Assembly (NCBI RefSeq): GCF_009914755.1
Contig: NC_060933.1
Length of the DNA: 64,000 nt
Reading direction: 5' to 3' (one strand)
Source of the DNA: the human T2T-CHM13v2.0 reference genome, Homo sapiens
In this document: piece by piece, positions 22,357 to 39,425 of the stretch
How positions within the stretch are numbered: position 1 is the stretch's first letter
Layout of the letters: every line of letters starts with the position of its first letter
Notes under the pieces: generated by a model
What the model was told of the DNA's origin: nothing
Seen by the model: only the letters and a program-made list of their open reading frames with translations
The model's database searches: none
Program-made: the position numbers and the translations under genes

Positions 22357-23692
22357 TTTTTTTTTTCCCCTAGAGACTGCCTCTGGCTATGTTGCCCAGG
22401 CTTGTCTCAAACTCCTGGGCTCAGGCAATCTGCCCTCCTCAGCCTCCCAAAGTGTTAGGATTACAGGTGTGAGCCACTGTGCCCAGCCAAACGTGGCATA
22501 ATATTTTTAAATGGTATAAATGTGTTCTTGTTTAGTTTGTTCCCTACTAATGAATATTTCCATTTTTTCTATCACAATGTTTGTACACACATTTAAGAAC
22601 ATACCTCATTTATAATTGTGATAGATGCTATTAAATAGCTCTCCTAACACACTTTTCCAGTTTGTATTCTCATCTACTGTGCATGAGATAATTTGCATTT
22701 TTCTGACTGTTAGTGATGCAGAGCACCTATTCACGGCCTTTGGGTTTCCTGTTCTGTGAATTGCCTGTTAGTGGTCTTTGCTGTGAGAATGCTGAATTGT
22801 CCGTCTTTGTCTGACTACTTATTTCTCCAGGCCTCACTCATTTCTGTTCCTCTGCAGAGGTTTCTCCACGTCCCCTAATCAGCCACTACCCCCTCCTCTG
22901 CTGTCCCACAACACTGTTCACACCGTGCCCAGGCCTTCATTTACCAACCATTCCATAAAAAATCTACTCATTCCAAAAGTGTCCACTGTGAGCCTTCTCT
23001 GTGCTTGGCCTTGGGCTAGGTGCTGGGTGGAGAGACATGAGCCAGTCATCATAGACTCCATGCTAAAGTTCAGTTTTGATATGCAGCTTTGAGCATAGAA
23101 AAGAGCATGAGTTTTAGATCTAGACATAACTTGAGTTGAATTCCAGCTTCACCACTTCCCAGCTGTGTAATTCAGAGCAAGTCACTTGATTACTCCAAGT
23201 CTCCATTTCCATACTAGTGAGGTGAGGCTAATCCCTCCCTAAGAGAGTCACTTGAAGCTGGACAAGAGACAATATATCTGAAGTGGTTAGCAAGGGCCTG
23301 TTACACAGTAGGCTTGCAGTAAATGAATGGTAGTTGAAAGGCAACTGTTAAGAGGTCAAAATCAGTTAGTTCTCAGAGGTTCTAGGAGCCATCAATAAAC
23401 TGGAAAATAAAAAGGAAGGAGGTAGCTCCTCTCTTTGCAATGCAAAGGATATGGATGAGTGCCGCTTGCCCAGATCCTGCTACAGAATATCTTTCCTGCT
23501 CTCTGCAGCAGATTTCTGCTTTGTCCTGGCCCCTCATCCCAATTCAGCTGCGCATTGTTGTCCTACTACCACTGCCGTGGGAAGAACAGGTGCTTCCCTT
23601 CTCAAATAAATGTTGGTCTCTTTAGAAGATACTCTGTAAGAAAGACTTCAGGATATTTGTGCATGCTGTCACCCATGATTTCAAGAAGTAGG

Positions 23693-24019
<327 letters not shown>

Positions 24020-24397
24020 TCAATTAGAAAGAGAAATGCTGTGTATGTGGAGAGAGGCTGAGGTGGAAAGTTTCCCTGAAGACCCAAAACTGCCGCAGAG
24101 TAGGGTGAGTGGGTATATGTTAGAAGGACAGGGAGAAGGGCTTTACAGGCAGTGGAGTGTTCTCTGCAAAGGCACAGGTGTGGGAGGGCATGGTGTGTTC
24201 TGGCAACTGCTCAGGATTCAGTGTCAACGGTAGGCAGATGTCAGCTCATGAAGTGCCTTTTATGCCATCCAAAGGACTCTAGGTTTGAAGACATAAACTA
24301 AACGGGGAGGCTGAAGCATTCTGAGCATGGGAAAGTAGGAAATCTTTGTTGAATGCATGTGTGACAGTGGGAAGACGGGACATGGTAATTAGGAGTA

Positions 24398-24726
24398 CAG
24401 TCATGTGTCATTAAAGACTGGGATATGTTCTGAGAAATGCGTCATTAGCCAACTTCATCGTTGTATAAACATTGAGTGTATTTACAGAAACCTAGATGGT
24501 ATAGTCAACTACACATCTAGGCTATATGGTAGAGCATAGTGCTCCTAGGCTAGAAAACTGCATGTTACTGTACTGAATGCTATAGGTGATTGTAACACAA
24601 TGGTAAGTATTTGTGTATCTAAACATGAAAAAGGTAAAATAAAAATATGATAAAATAACCTTACGGGGCCACTGTAGTATGTGCAGTCTGTTTTTGACTG
24701 GAACGTTATTAAGCAGCACATGACTA
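24398..24726. mobile_element. Tigger3a (MER7-like) DNA transposon
   Basis: TA-CAGTCATG...CATGACT-A-TA inverted ends; internal GTTCTGAGAAATGCGTCATTAG and TGTAACACAATGGTAAGTATTTGTGTATCTAAACAT. Confidence 0.85.
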
Positions 24727-24849
24727 TATGTCCTAAGCTTATGGCCTTCTATAAGTGTTACTTAGTCTTTCTACATCTGTTTCCTTTTTTTCTTTCTTTT
24801 TTTTTTTTTTTGTGAAATGAGAATTTAAAAAAATCAACTTGAAAGTGTT

Positions 24850-26367
<1,518 letters not shown>

Positions 26368-26374
26368 CAGGCAT

Positions 26375-26881
26375 TCAAAATTTATCAGACCCAGAGAGAC
26401 CTGAGTATGAGATGTCAGTTAGCACCATCCCCATGTACACTAGCAATTGTTTAAAGGCACTTTGTTCTTTTCTGCCCTGTACAAGCATCACCCTTTATCT
26501 TCGTGTTCCCAGAATCCGTGATAGAAAGAACAAGTATAGCCAATGGATAGGTTGTTATTTTAATGTAAATTCTTGGAATACAATTTAGCAAGGGCCTCTT
26601 CTTTTTTTTTCCTTTAAAAATTCACTTGTAGCCGGGTGCAGTCGCCCACACCTGTAATCCCAGTACTTTGGGAGGCAGAGATGGAAGGATCAATTCCTTT
26701 GAGACAAGAGTTCAAGCTTCCTGGCCAACAAAACAAAGAACTCACTTGAAACTGCTGCTAAGATCATGTATTAAATTAAGGGTAACTTGAAGTGATGCTC
26801 CCAGTTTGCATTCTTGAGACTTGGCCCAAATAAATTCTCTATTTATATTAACTTTGCCTCCGTTTTTCCTTTAGGTTGACA
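26375..26881 (+). mobile_element. ERV1-class solo LTR fragment (MER4-group-like) with a nested FLAM, directly upstream of the promoter
   Basis: CCAAT box, TTTAAAAA, CCCAAATAAATTCTCT poly(A) signal and TTTAGGTTGACA terminus. Confidence 0.55.
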
Positions 26882-27129
26882 GTTATTTCTAAAGTTGTAC
26901 AGAAGGGTTTACCTTGAGTATTAAAATAAGGTGTGAGAAAGGCAACTGAAGCCAGAGGCTCCCATCACAGCCTTGTGGCCTTCGGAGGCTTCCAAAGGAT
27001 CAGCATTAACTGCAATATTTAGGAGGAGTGCAGCTCTTCAAGATTCATAAAGTGTTAAATCTGTTGCCTGGAATTCCAGAAAGAGGGGGAGGAAGAGCAC
27101 AGTGTGAACTGTGTTCAACTTCAACCTAA

Positions 27130-28400
27130 AGGTAAAAGCGATCAGCCTAAGATCAGGAGCGCAAGGGAGAAGCTTGAAGCCATGCGTTCTCACGGAGGCG
27201 TTTCCCGCTCCAGGGCTGCCCAGGCCCGCGGGCCAAGCAGCTAGCCGTGCGGGCCGTCGTCACGCCCGCGATCAGATCAGCTCCCCGCCACGTGGCACTG
27301 GGAAGGCGTCCACCAAGCTCCAGGGAGAAGGAGGCGGAGCCCGGCCTCAATCTCACCCGTGTCCTCATGGGAGTTGTAGTTTTCCTTGCGGGCGGAGAGG
27401 GCACGAACTCCCGGCTTTTGCCCGATAAATAGCATCTCTTTTGTACGAGTCATTCAAATAATAGACGCAATCTAGGTAACTTCAAGAGAAGATGGGAAGG
27501 GGAAGGGGCAAAGCATGGAAGGCAAATCTAAAGATTATGGGCGGGGCAGAGAAAGGTTCGCACTTAGTACGCATGCGCATACCAGGCGCGACAGGTGGGC
27601 GGACACAGAAGGCGACGCCTAGGGCTGTGTTGTCCCGGAAGTGCCTTCTCTCCTCCCGGGTCTGCGCGGACGCGGCCTCCTTACCTCATTTGTCCTCGCC
27701 CCTCCCCGTCCCTCTACGCGTTTTGGTCCCTGTTTGGTGCTTTCTGTTTGCAGCTACGGCAGTGAGTATGTATGTGACGGACCCCGAGTCACCCGCGGCC
27801 TGGGACCCCTGCCTACCCTCCGTCTCGCCAGCCGAGCTGTGGAACTAGCGCGTGCCCCCTCGCCGACCTCGGCGTCTCCGGTCCGCCCCTCACTTGTGGT
27901 GGGGCGCAGCTCCTGGTCCCTCAGCTGCGCGCCGCCCCACGCGGCCGGGCTGCGGGTCTAGGGGGTCCGCATCTCCCTGGCTTTCCAAGGGCTAAGGTCG
28001 TGATTCTAGGGCGGCTGGGCGTCCAGGGCCTCGGTGGGGGTGGCGTGTCTGCCCTTTTTATCTCCCCGCAAGGCCCCCAGTCTTCTAGGGAAGCCAGTCA
28101 GTGAAGCGCGGAGGTCCGGGCGCGCCGAGAGAGAGTCCAGTCTTTGAGGACCGAGTAGTCCTGGGCCACCTCCCGCCTCTGCTGTCAGAAGCAGCAGCTG
28201 CCGCCGTGGAATCCAAAATTTCGGGAGCTGTGACCCTTTCCTCATGTAAAACGAGTAGTCTTGGACGGTGAGCGGACAGTTGCCTTCAACTTTTGGGAAG
28301 AGCTGCCGGTTCGGTGGAAAAGCTGTGGCTGGGAATCAGGAGGCCTGGGTTCTAGCCGTGGCTCCCCCACGGACTCGCTGGCGATTCCAGAAAGCTCTTA
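27130..28400 (+). promoter_or_regulatory. CpG-island, housekeeping-type promoter
   Basis: The only CpG-dense non-Alu block in the window. E-box GCCACGTGGC 27287-27296; ZNF143/THAP11-type ACTACAACTCCCA on the minus strand 27368-27380; GC box GGGCGGGGC 27539-27547; NRF1 CGCATGCGCA 27570-27579; ETS/GABP CCGGAAGT 27635-27642. Confidence 0.88.
27768..27848 (+). CDS. Candidate 26-aa uORF (MYVTDPESPAAWDPCLPSVSPAELWN), present only in the long exon-1 form
   Basis: First ATG after the inferred TSS, with A at -3. It lies immediately after the GTGAGT donor. Confidence 0.25.
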   Translation: MYVTDPESPAAWDPCLPSVSPAELWN

Positions 28401-29301
28401 TTGAGGCTGAATTTAAGATTATATCAGATTACACAGTTGAATTAGGGGCTCCATTAGTAGGGCCCTTTTAGCTCAGTGAATAAGTTTCTCCAACTATAAA
28501 ACGAGAGCGTTCAATTTGATGACTTTTCAGGTCCCCTCAGAAGCTCTTGACTTTGTGGTTTTCTTTTTCTTTTAAAAATTTTTTTCTAGGACCGTTAGAG
28601 AAATGACTTCGTGTTTGAATAGTTAGGCTGTCGCATACAAAGACTTTTAAATGGATTGTGTGTATACTTAGGAAGGCATTATGCTTTCAAGAGAATCTGA
28701 GGATGGGGAATAAAGTCAGGAAGGATCGCAAGTGAGGATTATATTAATATGATAATTAGCACGGTAAGAGACTGCATGACCGAAGGAAAAGGGCTAAGGG
28801 AAAGGTGAAGGAAATGTTTCCGGATAGGATTAGTTCTCATAAAAATCATATATATATCCCAAGAAGAGCTGGGACTTATGTGACTAAATTTAGCTTATTT
28901 TTTTTCCCCCACTGAAATACTGTGCTCTGCCTCTGTTTTGTGACCTTTGTTTTACACATTTGGTTTCTCCACTCCAATCTCAGATTTGATTCAGAGTGGC
29001 CGTCGCATTTGAAAAATGGACATTTTAACCCCTTGGTCAATTGTGTTTCACCTGTCACTATCAGGATAGCTCATTAATAGTAAGAAAGAAATTTTACGTT
29101 GAAAGTAAAGTGTGTTCAGCATATTGCAGTGAAATTTGGACTGAAAATGAGGCTGTGGATTTGATTTAAATCGGCCCGAGATAGATTCCTATGTCGTCAA
29201 GAAGGAACATCTAGGGAGGCTAAAGGTGCTTTGGAAGTAAATAAGAGCAAAAGGTCAGAATGACCAGTAGGTAGGCTGTGAGACCAGAAAGATTGATTAA
29301 A

Positions 29302-29590
<289 letters not shown>

Positions 29591-32571
29591 CATAAAGTAA
29601 ATTCTGAAAGCTTAAATAAGCCTTAAGTTGTCTAGTTTAAAACAATTCAGTCAATGAATACTACTCCCTCTTTTGAATGGGAAGAGCCTTTGCAGTTATT
29701 CTATAGCTGTTTTATATTTGTTAAGCTATTTTGATTCTTAGATAAGTTTCATTTCCATTTCCATGATATTTTAGGATCTTATATAAGAAATATCTTTTCT
29801 GGTCACGGGATTGATAAAGTCTTTGAGTACTAACTTGGGAGATTCTTGGATGATAAACTGACAAATGTGTGTTTTTCTTCCAACGAAAATGTCTCATTCA
29901 TAGTTGTTAAACTCTGCTGGGAGGTAAAATGGATATTTGTGAGGTAAACTTAGGTGTTAGAACCAATGCAAATACTTCAATGAAGGAAGGTGTTTTTTTA
30001 ATTTGAAATTACTTATTTGGAAATTTTATTTAAAAATTTTAGTGGACAGTTGGCTGAGAATCACAGAAACGTGAATCACTTCTAGCTGTGTTCTTAACCA
30101 GCTGCATAACCTTGGATAGGCCTCCTATCTCTTTGTACTTCAGTTTCCTGTGGGTAGATTGAGTAGTCTGTATGAGATAATCTGATTTTGTTATCTAGTT
30201 AGTATACTTGGGAGTCACGTACAGGGATCAAAAAGCTGAGAAAGCCTTCTGAGTCAAGGGTTTGTTTGTGTGTATGTAAAAAAACATATATATTGTCCTC
30301 TGAGAATACTCTTTTTTAAAAAAGTTATTAAATTCATTTGAATGTAATTAAAGCGGTAACATAAACCACAACAGCCTCAGGCAGACTTTAACCCTGGCAT
30401 ACATAAGCTACCTAAATAAGAGAGCAGGTTATGCCCAGCACAATTTTCAAGTACAGACGGTACAAAATCCTCTTAAAGGCCATAGGGGCTAAATTGTTAA
30501 ATTCATTTTTCTACATTTCAGAGAAAGAGATAAATCCTTCGACCCAGGGAAGTCAGTTTTTATTATGGTTCTGTAGTTTATTTTTGGCATACATTCACAG
30601 GTGTGCCTATGGCTCTATTCTTAATCCCTTTCCTTTGGGATGGCTGCAAGAGTAGTACAAATTTGTAACTGTAATTTAGCTCTTTAATTTTTTTCTGTGC
30701 TGCACTGGAATTATGTTTTATCTTAAGTCCACACTGGATCCTCAGGATGGATCCAGTGAGGATTTTGAAAGAAGCATAATTCCTTTGACTTCTTTTAGAA
30801 TTAATTTACCTATTAAATAAAAAGGAAAGGATTCATCTTTTATTTGAATTCCTCTGAGGCTAACAATTCAATATAAACTGATGAATGCTATGAGCATTAT
30901 TCAGACAATCACATTCAATTTGTGTGACAATAACAGCATAGCCACCTGAAGGACAGTACAACAAGGGCACAGGTATATGATACCTTTTAGAAGAAAAGCA
31001 TTAACAGGTGGGTTTATTTATTTCTGGAAAACAAACAAAAAACTCCAGCAAGAATGTAGTACATTTTTGGCTCTTGTCCATTTGGTTCTTGGGATTAAGC
31101 TGGTTCTATTACCAGAACTAGCATCACAACACCCTGACATTTTGGGCAGAAATTTGAGTGGCTAAGAAAACAACTATTTTTAACTTTATGTGTATAGCTA
31201 CAAGTGGAAAAAAGAATAAATTGGCATTGTTATTGCTGTCTGGGCTGTCCTTGATTTTTGGACACAAGCTTATTTTTCCAGAGCTCTCATTTTAGTCAGT
31301 AGTCCATCAGTACCTAATGGAAACATCTACTGTGTAGATATGAGAATTTCTAAGACTTTGGAGTAGTTGAAAGACAGCAGAGAAATTTATCCTATCATAA
31401 TTTCTGTATTTTAAGCACATACTAGATTTATCAGGGCTGAAGGACAAATGGCCTGGTGTTATAATTCATTTATAAATTCAACAGATACTTATAGATGGCC
31501 CCCAAAATACCAGTTACCCTGCTTGGCTTTGGTGATTCATTGTTTAGCAGAGTGTATATAGTTCCTGCCCCTCCTGTGGTTTGTGATCTGTGCTTCTGGG
31601 AGATTTACATTGAATAAATAATTAGAAATGTGATGAGTGTTTTGAAATGTAAAGTGCTATGAAAGCCTATAAAAGGGGCATTTAATTTAATCTGGTGGGA
31701 AGTGATTTTGAGCCAAGTTTAAAAGATGAAGGCTGAGAAGGATTTAATATGCTCACAGTACTAAGTGTTTCACTTTATGCATTTATTCCCAAAGTTGGGA
31801 GTTTTCTCTCAATTTTAGGTCTTTATTACGTTTGTATTTTATACACAGTTTTATAACAAGCACAGGAATAAACAGGTTTATCAGGGTTTTTTTGGTTTTT
31901 TTTTGGAATTGGGGTTTTGTTCTGTCACCCAGGCTGGAGTGTAGTGGCGTGATCATAGCTCACTGTCAACTTTGAACACTTGGGCTCAAGCTATCCTCCC
32001 TCAGCCTCCCAAGGTGGGAGGTACAGGTGAGTACTCCATCCACCTCTGACCTTGGCCCTGTGCTCTCATTCAACCAGTTCTGTTGGTACTGCCTCTTACT
32101 ACAAGATTTGCTTACCCGGGAGTTAGATAGCAAGCATGGGAAATGCCTGGCACACAGAATATATGGAATTAGTGTTAGGATTTTAGTAACTTCACAGTCG
32201 GAAAGAGGAAAATAGGAAGAGCTGTTCGTATAGGGTAGACTATAGGAGAGAATGCAAATTTTGAAAGCTACATCATCAAGGATTAAAATTTTGCTGCTAG
32301 CTTTGTCTCTATAATAATGTGGTCATCTAGTCTTAATGCTTATTCCTTCAAAAAGTTCATTCTTTTCATTTTTCTCCCTTTGTGCCTAATGCTCAATCTC
32401 TTGCACTAGTTTCGGAAGTGGTCTTCTTTTATGTCTGCCCTATATGCTGTTGTTAAAACTGGTATTGAAATGCACTTTTATTCATGGTACTTTATTGCTC
32501 CAAAATTTGTAATGGCATCCTGCTTCCCCAGGAAACTATGACACTGAATGTAGATCATACTTGGAGCCCCT

Positions 32572-32773
32572 GGGATTGGCAAATTTTTTTTTTTTAAGAA
32601 GCCAGATAGAAAATATTTTAGGTTTCCAAGCCATATGATATCTTAACTACTCAACTCTGCCCTTGTGGGAAAGCAGCCTTAGATAATACCTGTAGAAATC
32701 AGGGTGGCTATTGTCAATAAAACCTTACTTACAAAAACAGGTGGCTGGCTCAGACTGTAGTTTGCTAACCCTG
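32572..32773. mobile_element. MER58A-like hAT element
   Basis: GGGATTGGCAAA...AACTACTCAACTCTGCC...AAAAACAGGTGGC...GTAGTTTGCTAACCCTG. Confidence 0.75.
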
Positions 32774-33050
32774 AGAACTTGACAGCAAAAAGAAGAGATA
32801 AATAGTAGTTAAAACATAAAGCAGAATCAAATAAATTTTTTTTCCATATAGGTGAGATCTGATAATGTTTTTAGGTAGAAAGGAAGAAACTTGTGAAGCA
32901 GGAGAGACTAAACCTGTTTGTTGTTTTTGGTTGGGGGCCAGGTTAGAGATAGGATCGGGTGTATGTGTTGTTGAATTATTCCTAAAAGGGAAGAGAGACA
33001 CCAGTAATTGCAAAATCATCAAGTATTTATAGAGGTAGAGGAGAAAGAAT

Positions 33051-33222
33051 AAATTCAGATGTGTTGAGATAGATGAGAGTACCTATGAGGATTTGTTTGA
33101 TTTGGGAAAATGAAAGCAGAAGTAGGAGAAGCAGAAGTAGGAGAAATTCAGATGTGTTGAGATAGATGAGAGTACCTATGAGGATTTGTTTGATTTGGGA
33201 AAATGAAAGCAGAAGTAGGAGA
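33051..33222. repeat. Perfect 79-bp tandem duplication (period 93)
   Basis: 33051-33129 is identical to 33144-33222. The 14-bp spacer repeats the end of the unit. Confidence 0.92.
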
Positions 33223-34397
33223 GGGCAGAGGATAATTGGAAGCTTAGAATGGGGAAAGGATGTCTGTGCTGTGGGGAATACTTTCAGGCAGTTGTTACCA
33301 GTATTTTGAAGATGACAACTTGTTTAACCTCGAAACAATTTGTGGACCACCCCATGATTGTAGTTACATTTTTAGTATTCATCAATGGAGAATATGCATA
33401 TTAGAAAAAAGCTACTACTCAGTTCTCTCTTAGATGACTTTGTATTTTATTAACCACAACATGGACTGCACATTTGAAAAATGTTAATACATGTATGTGA
33501 GAAATTGTCTTTATGTAATGCAATGCCCTGGGTACCCACTGAGATAACTAATTTAACAGCTTCCCAGGAGGCTGAAAGCTCATAAGTTAGAAATCATTGC
33601 GTTCTAATGAATCAACAATAAGAGAATAAAGGATTGCTTAGAAGTAGTATTCTGTCAAAATTAAAATGAACTTATAATGAACTCACTTTGAAGGATTCCA
33701 TAACTTTTTATTCAGTAGTACTTGGCAGTTTTGAGCAAGATGACAGAAACAAAATGATCTAGGGTTAGGCATAACATTGTATAGAAGGCCAGAATAAACA
33801 TTTAGCTTATTCTTTCTCTAAATTACCTTTTCCTGAGATCACACCCAGTTTCATTAATCACTTCTGTATTTATGGTGATCAAATTGGCATCTCATTTTCT
33901 TAACCGTTTTGTTGATTTCATGTTCCCCATTTACACCTTACTGAATATTTCCATTTGGGTATCTTACTGTTTCACATTTAACCTACTGAAAAGAAAGCTT
34001 CTTATCTTTCCTTTGAAACGAGCTCTGCTGATTTCTACTTGGAGTAGAGAATATACAGAGATGCTGAAGTTGATGGGAAAATGTGGATAGGTTGGGAAAA
34101 ACATGAATTAGGTGTGGGATTCATTGAAGAAATTGAACAGCATCATGACTGGTAAATGATGGTGATGAGAAAGTAGAGAAAACCTACTGTTTGCTCTTAC
34201 CATTTGTTTTTTAAATTTTAGCCAAATCAAGTTCTTGACTCATACACTCTTACAAATATTCAAATATATGTTCTCTATTTTGTTTCCTTAATCCAATAAT
34301 GTTGTAATCCTTTTCCAATTAATAAGCAATATGTTCAATACCGATGCCCATTTAAGTGTGCTGTTACTCTCTAATCATTATTATTCCTTTCATAAAT

Positions 34398-34411
34398 AGA
34401 TCTGGGCATAG
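34398..34411 (+). repeat. 5' target-site duplication of the EBLN insertion (AGATCTGGGCATAG)
   Basis: Matches AGATTTGGGCATAG at 35569-35582 at 13/14 positions; that copy lies directly after the poly(A). Confidence 0.92.
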
Positions 34412-35568
<1,157 letters not shown>

Positions 35569-35582
35569 AGATTTGGGCATAG
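35569..35582 (+). repeat. 3' target-site duplication of the EBLN insertion (AGATTTGGGCATAG)
   Basis: Follows the A13 tract and matches 34398-34411. Confidence 0.92.
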
Positions 35583-37218
35583 ATTGGGCTCACATAATCT
35601 TTAGAGAGATTTTTTCATTTTTGTGAAAGTACAGAAATTCTTAACTGCTTATGAAATGCTGATTGTTAAACAGCATCCACAGCTATTTTGTGTTGTTTCC
35701 CTGACCCCACCCTGAAGAAAAGAAAAATTATGGCATATTGAAAACAGCAGTATGATGTAAGAGAAAAGATCACAAATTCCTTGAGGGTGGGTCTTTTCCA
35801 TACTCATAAGCCTATTTATAATATTCAGAGTAATTTATTGACACATATTAATATTCCCTCCTATCCCATTAATTGCCAAATCATCAAACATTTATTGAGC
35901 ATCTACTCTGTGTAGGGTGTAAGCAGTACTGGGGACTTACAGTGATAAAAGACATAGTTTTAGCCTTAAGTGATGTACTGTTTCACTGAAGAGATGGAAT
36001 ATAAGAAGCCAAGTAATTTATGGAATTCTCTTCTTTGTTTTTCTTTTTTTTTTTTGGCAGTGGAGTCTTGCTCTTTAAATAGAGCAAGGCTAGTCTGGAA
36101 CTCCTGGGCTCATGTGGTCCTCCCGCCTTAGCTTTCAGTGTAGCTGGGACTACAGGTGTGAACACAGCTTGGAAATCTCTTAACCATGGGAGTTAAGTCT
36201 CAAAATTCTGGTGATACAAGTGGTTGAAACTTAAAACTGTATTTAAAAAATAGGATTCGTGAATTTGAGATAGTTCATAAGTCTGCAAAAGGCTGTATAA
36301 ATACATATTTTACATTTACTATTATTAATTTTGTAGTAAATTTGAGTACAGCACTCTCTTTATCTGTGGAAACTTCAGACTCTCCCCTATTACTTTAATT
36401 TCAGTGAGACATTATTAAATATAAGTGGGCTTACACATTTGTTTTGCTTTACTGACAAATAATACACAACTTGGAGGCTTTTTTTTCCTTTCTATTCTTC
36501 CTCTAAATGTTCAACACTTTTCTGATTTTGTGATTTGAGGTTGTTTAATAGCTTCCTGAGGCTCCATTGAGACCGTATATACGTGACACTTAACAGTCTA
36601 GCCTTCCTCGGTACATATAGATATATGATGGTGGCTTTGCCTGTAGTAAATTCATGCCAAAACATAGGCTTTCAGTGCCTATTACATATGGCTTTCAGCT
36701 CTCTCTACTGAGGGATGTAGGAGTTTATTTCTGAGGTCTGAGCCTCTTTTCCTTTACTTCCTTTACTCTTTCCTAAGCCTTCTTTATAAAAACTATGCAT
36801 GTTCTATTGTTTTCCTTTTTGATTCCCTTTCTTTTATTATCCCCAGTAGGAGTGACTTGTAATTCTCATATGTTAGAAAGGCAGGTCTCCTGGTTGAAGA
36901 AAAGATCCACCCAAGCAAGTCAGCATGTTTAATAATTTTTGAGGGGGATCTCAAATGTGGGAAGGATTGTTATATAAGACAACCAAATGATGACATGAGA
37001 CAATAAATGCTATAGGAATTATGGAGGAATAATTAGCTATTTATTTTCTTGGTTAGGGAAGAGATATTATTAGTTGTAGAAGTAATTACTAACTTCTACA
37101 TTTTTTATTGTGGAAATCAAAAATATATATATGAAAATAAAATGTTATAATTGACTTCAGTGTCCCATAAACCAGCTTCAACAATTACCAAATTGTGACC
37201 AATCTTTACACACATGCA

Positions 37219-37531
37219 CAGGTGTCCCTCAGTATCTGTGGGGCATTGGTTCTAGGACCACTTATGGATACCAACATCTATGGATGCTCAAGTCCCTGAT
37301 ATAAAATGGTGGACTATTTGCATATAACCTGTGTACATCCCGTATTATTTAAATCATCCCTAGATCACTTATAATACGTAATACAATGTAAATGCCATGT
37401 AAATAACTGTTATACTGTATTAAGGAATAACAACAAGAAAAATGTACATGTTCAGTACAGACGCAATTTTTTTTGTGTGTGGAATATTTTCATTCCAAGG
37501 TCAGTTGAACCCATGGACATAGGAGGCTGAC

Positions 37532-37533
<2 letters not shown>
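37219..37533. mobile_element. MER2 (Tigger-family) element followed by (TG)n 37535-37575, within the predicted last exon
   Basis: CCCTCAGTATCTGTGGGG..GGATGCTCAAGTCCCTGATATAAAATGG..TATTTGCATATAACCT..CATGTTCAGTACAGACGCA..GAGGCTGACTG. Confidence 0.82.
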
Positions 37534-37576
<43 letters not shown>

Positions 37577-38110
37577 ATACAGACACACATATTTCTGAAA
37601 TGTAAATATTCTCTTTTTAAAAAAATTATTATCACAGCTAAACAAATTACCAGTAATTCTTTTATCCTCATATACCCGGTGTTCAGATTTTCTAGATTGG
37701 CTCCTAATTTTTTTACAGATTATTTGAATCTGATTCAATTCATGTACTGTAATGTTTGATAACTTAAGTACCCTTTATAGGTTCTCTTTTACCTCTTCTT
37801 TATTAAATTCCTTGTAATTTGTTGTACTAAATAGATTGTCTTCTAGAATTTCCTGTAGTCTGAATTATGTAGTATTGTTTCACATGTTCCAGTGTCCTCT
37901 TATTTCCTGTGAGTTGGTAGTTAGATCTAGAAGCTTGATTAAATTCAGATTTTCTCTCTTTAGATCATCAACTTTAGATCATCAACTTGGATCATTTGTT
38001 TCATTTTGCTTTTGATATGTTGTTTTTTAGAATTACCTCTTAAAATTTTGATTTAATTTTATAATCATGTAAAATGTTTATAAATTTCCAAATTCAGATC
38101 AGCAAAACAC

Positions 38111-38116
38111 AATAAA
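38111..38116 (+). terminator. Candidate distal polyadenylation signal AATAAA
   Basis: Canonical hexamer at the expected 3' end of the host transcript. Alternative hexamers lie at 37002 and 37136. Confidence 0.45.
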
Positions 38117-38279
38117 ATCTATTCAGAGAAGGCAAACCTTCTGTCCAGTCTCCATCCTGTTCCTGCTCTTCCCCTTATGGGTAACCATTAAGAGAAAATT
38201 GGTGGTTGGTCCTTACATTTAAAAATATATATAATCAAAAAACTGTATATCTTTGTACCCTCTTTCTTAAATTTATTTT

Positions 38280-39425
<1,146 letters not shown>

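Noticed and set aside
27492-27961. 106-118-aa ORFs across the CpG island
   Set aside because: GC-rich sequence is poor in stop codons. The starts lie upstream of or at the likely TSS, one is a non-ATG start, and no homology was recognised.
30732-30758. 10-bp perfect inverted repeat CACTGGATCC-N7-GGATCCAGTG
   Set aside because: Too short for a pre-miRNA or MITE. It is plausible by chance or as a local template switch.
33051-33222. Repeat-spacer-repeat pattern superficially like a CRISPR array
   Set aside because: Only two units, the spacer is derived from the unit itself, and the context is a eukaryotic intron.
36200-37700. Possible Pumilio-element cluster (NORAD-like decoy) in the long last exon
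   Set aside because: Only about two TGTAAATA matches were found by eye, as expected in AT-rich sequence.
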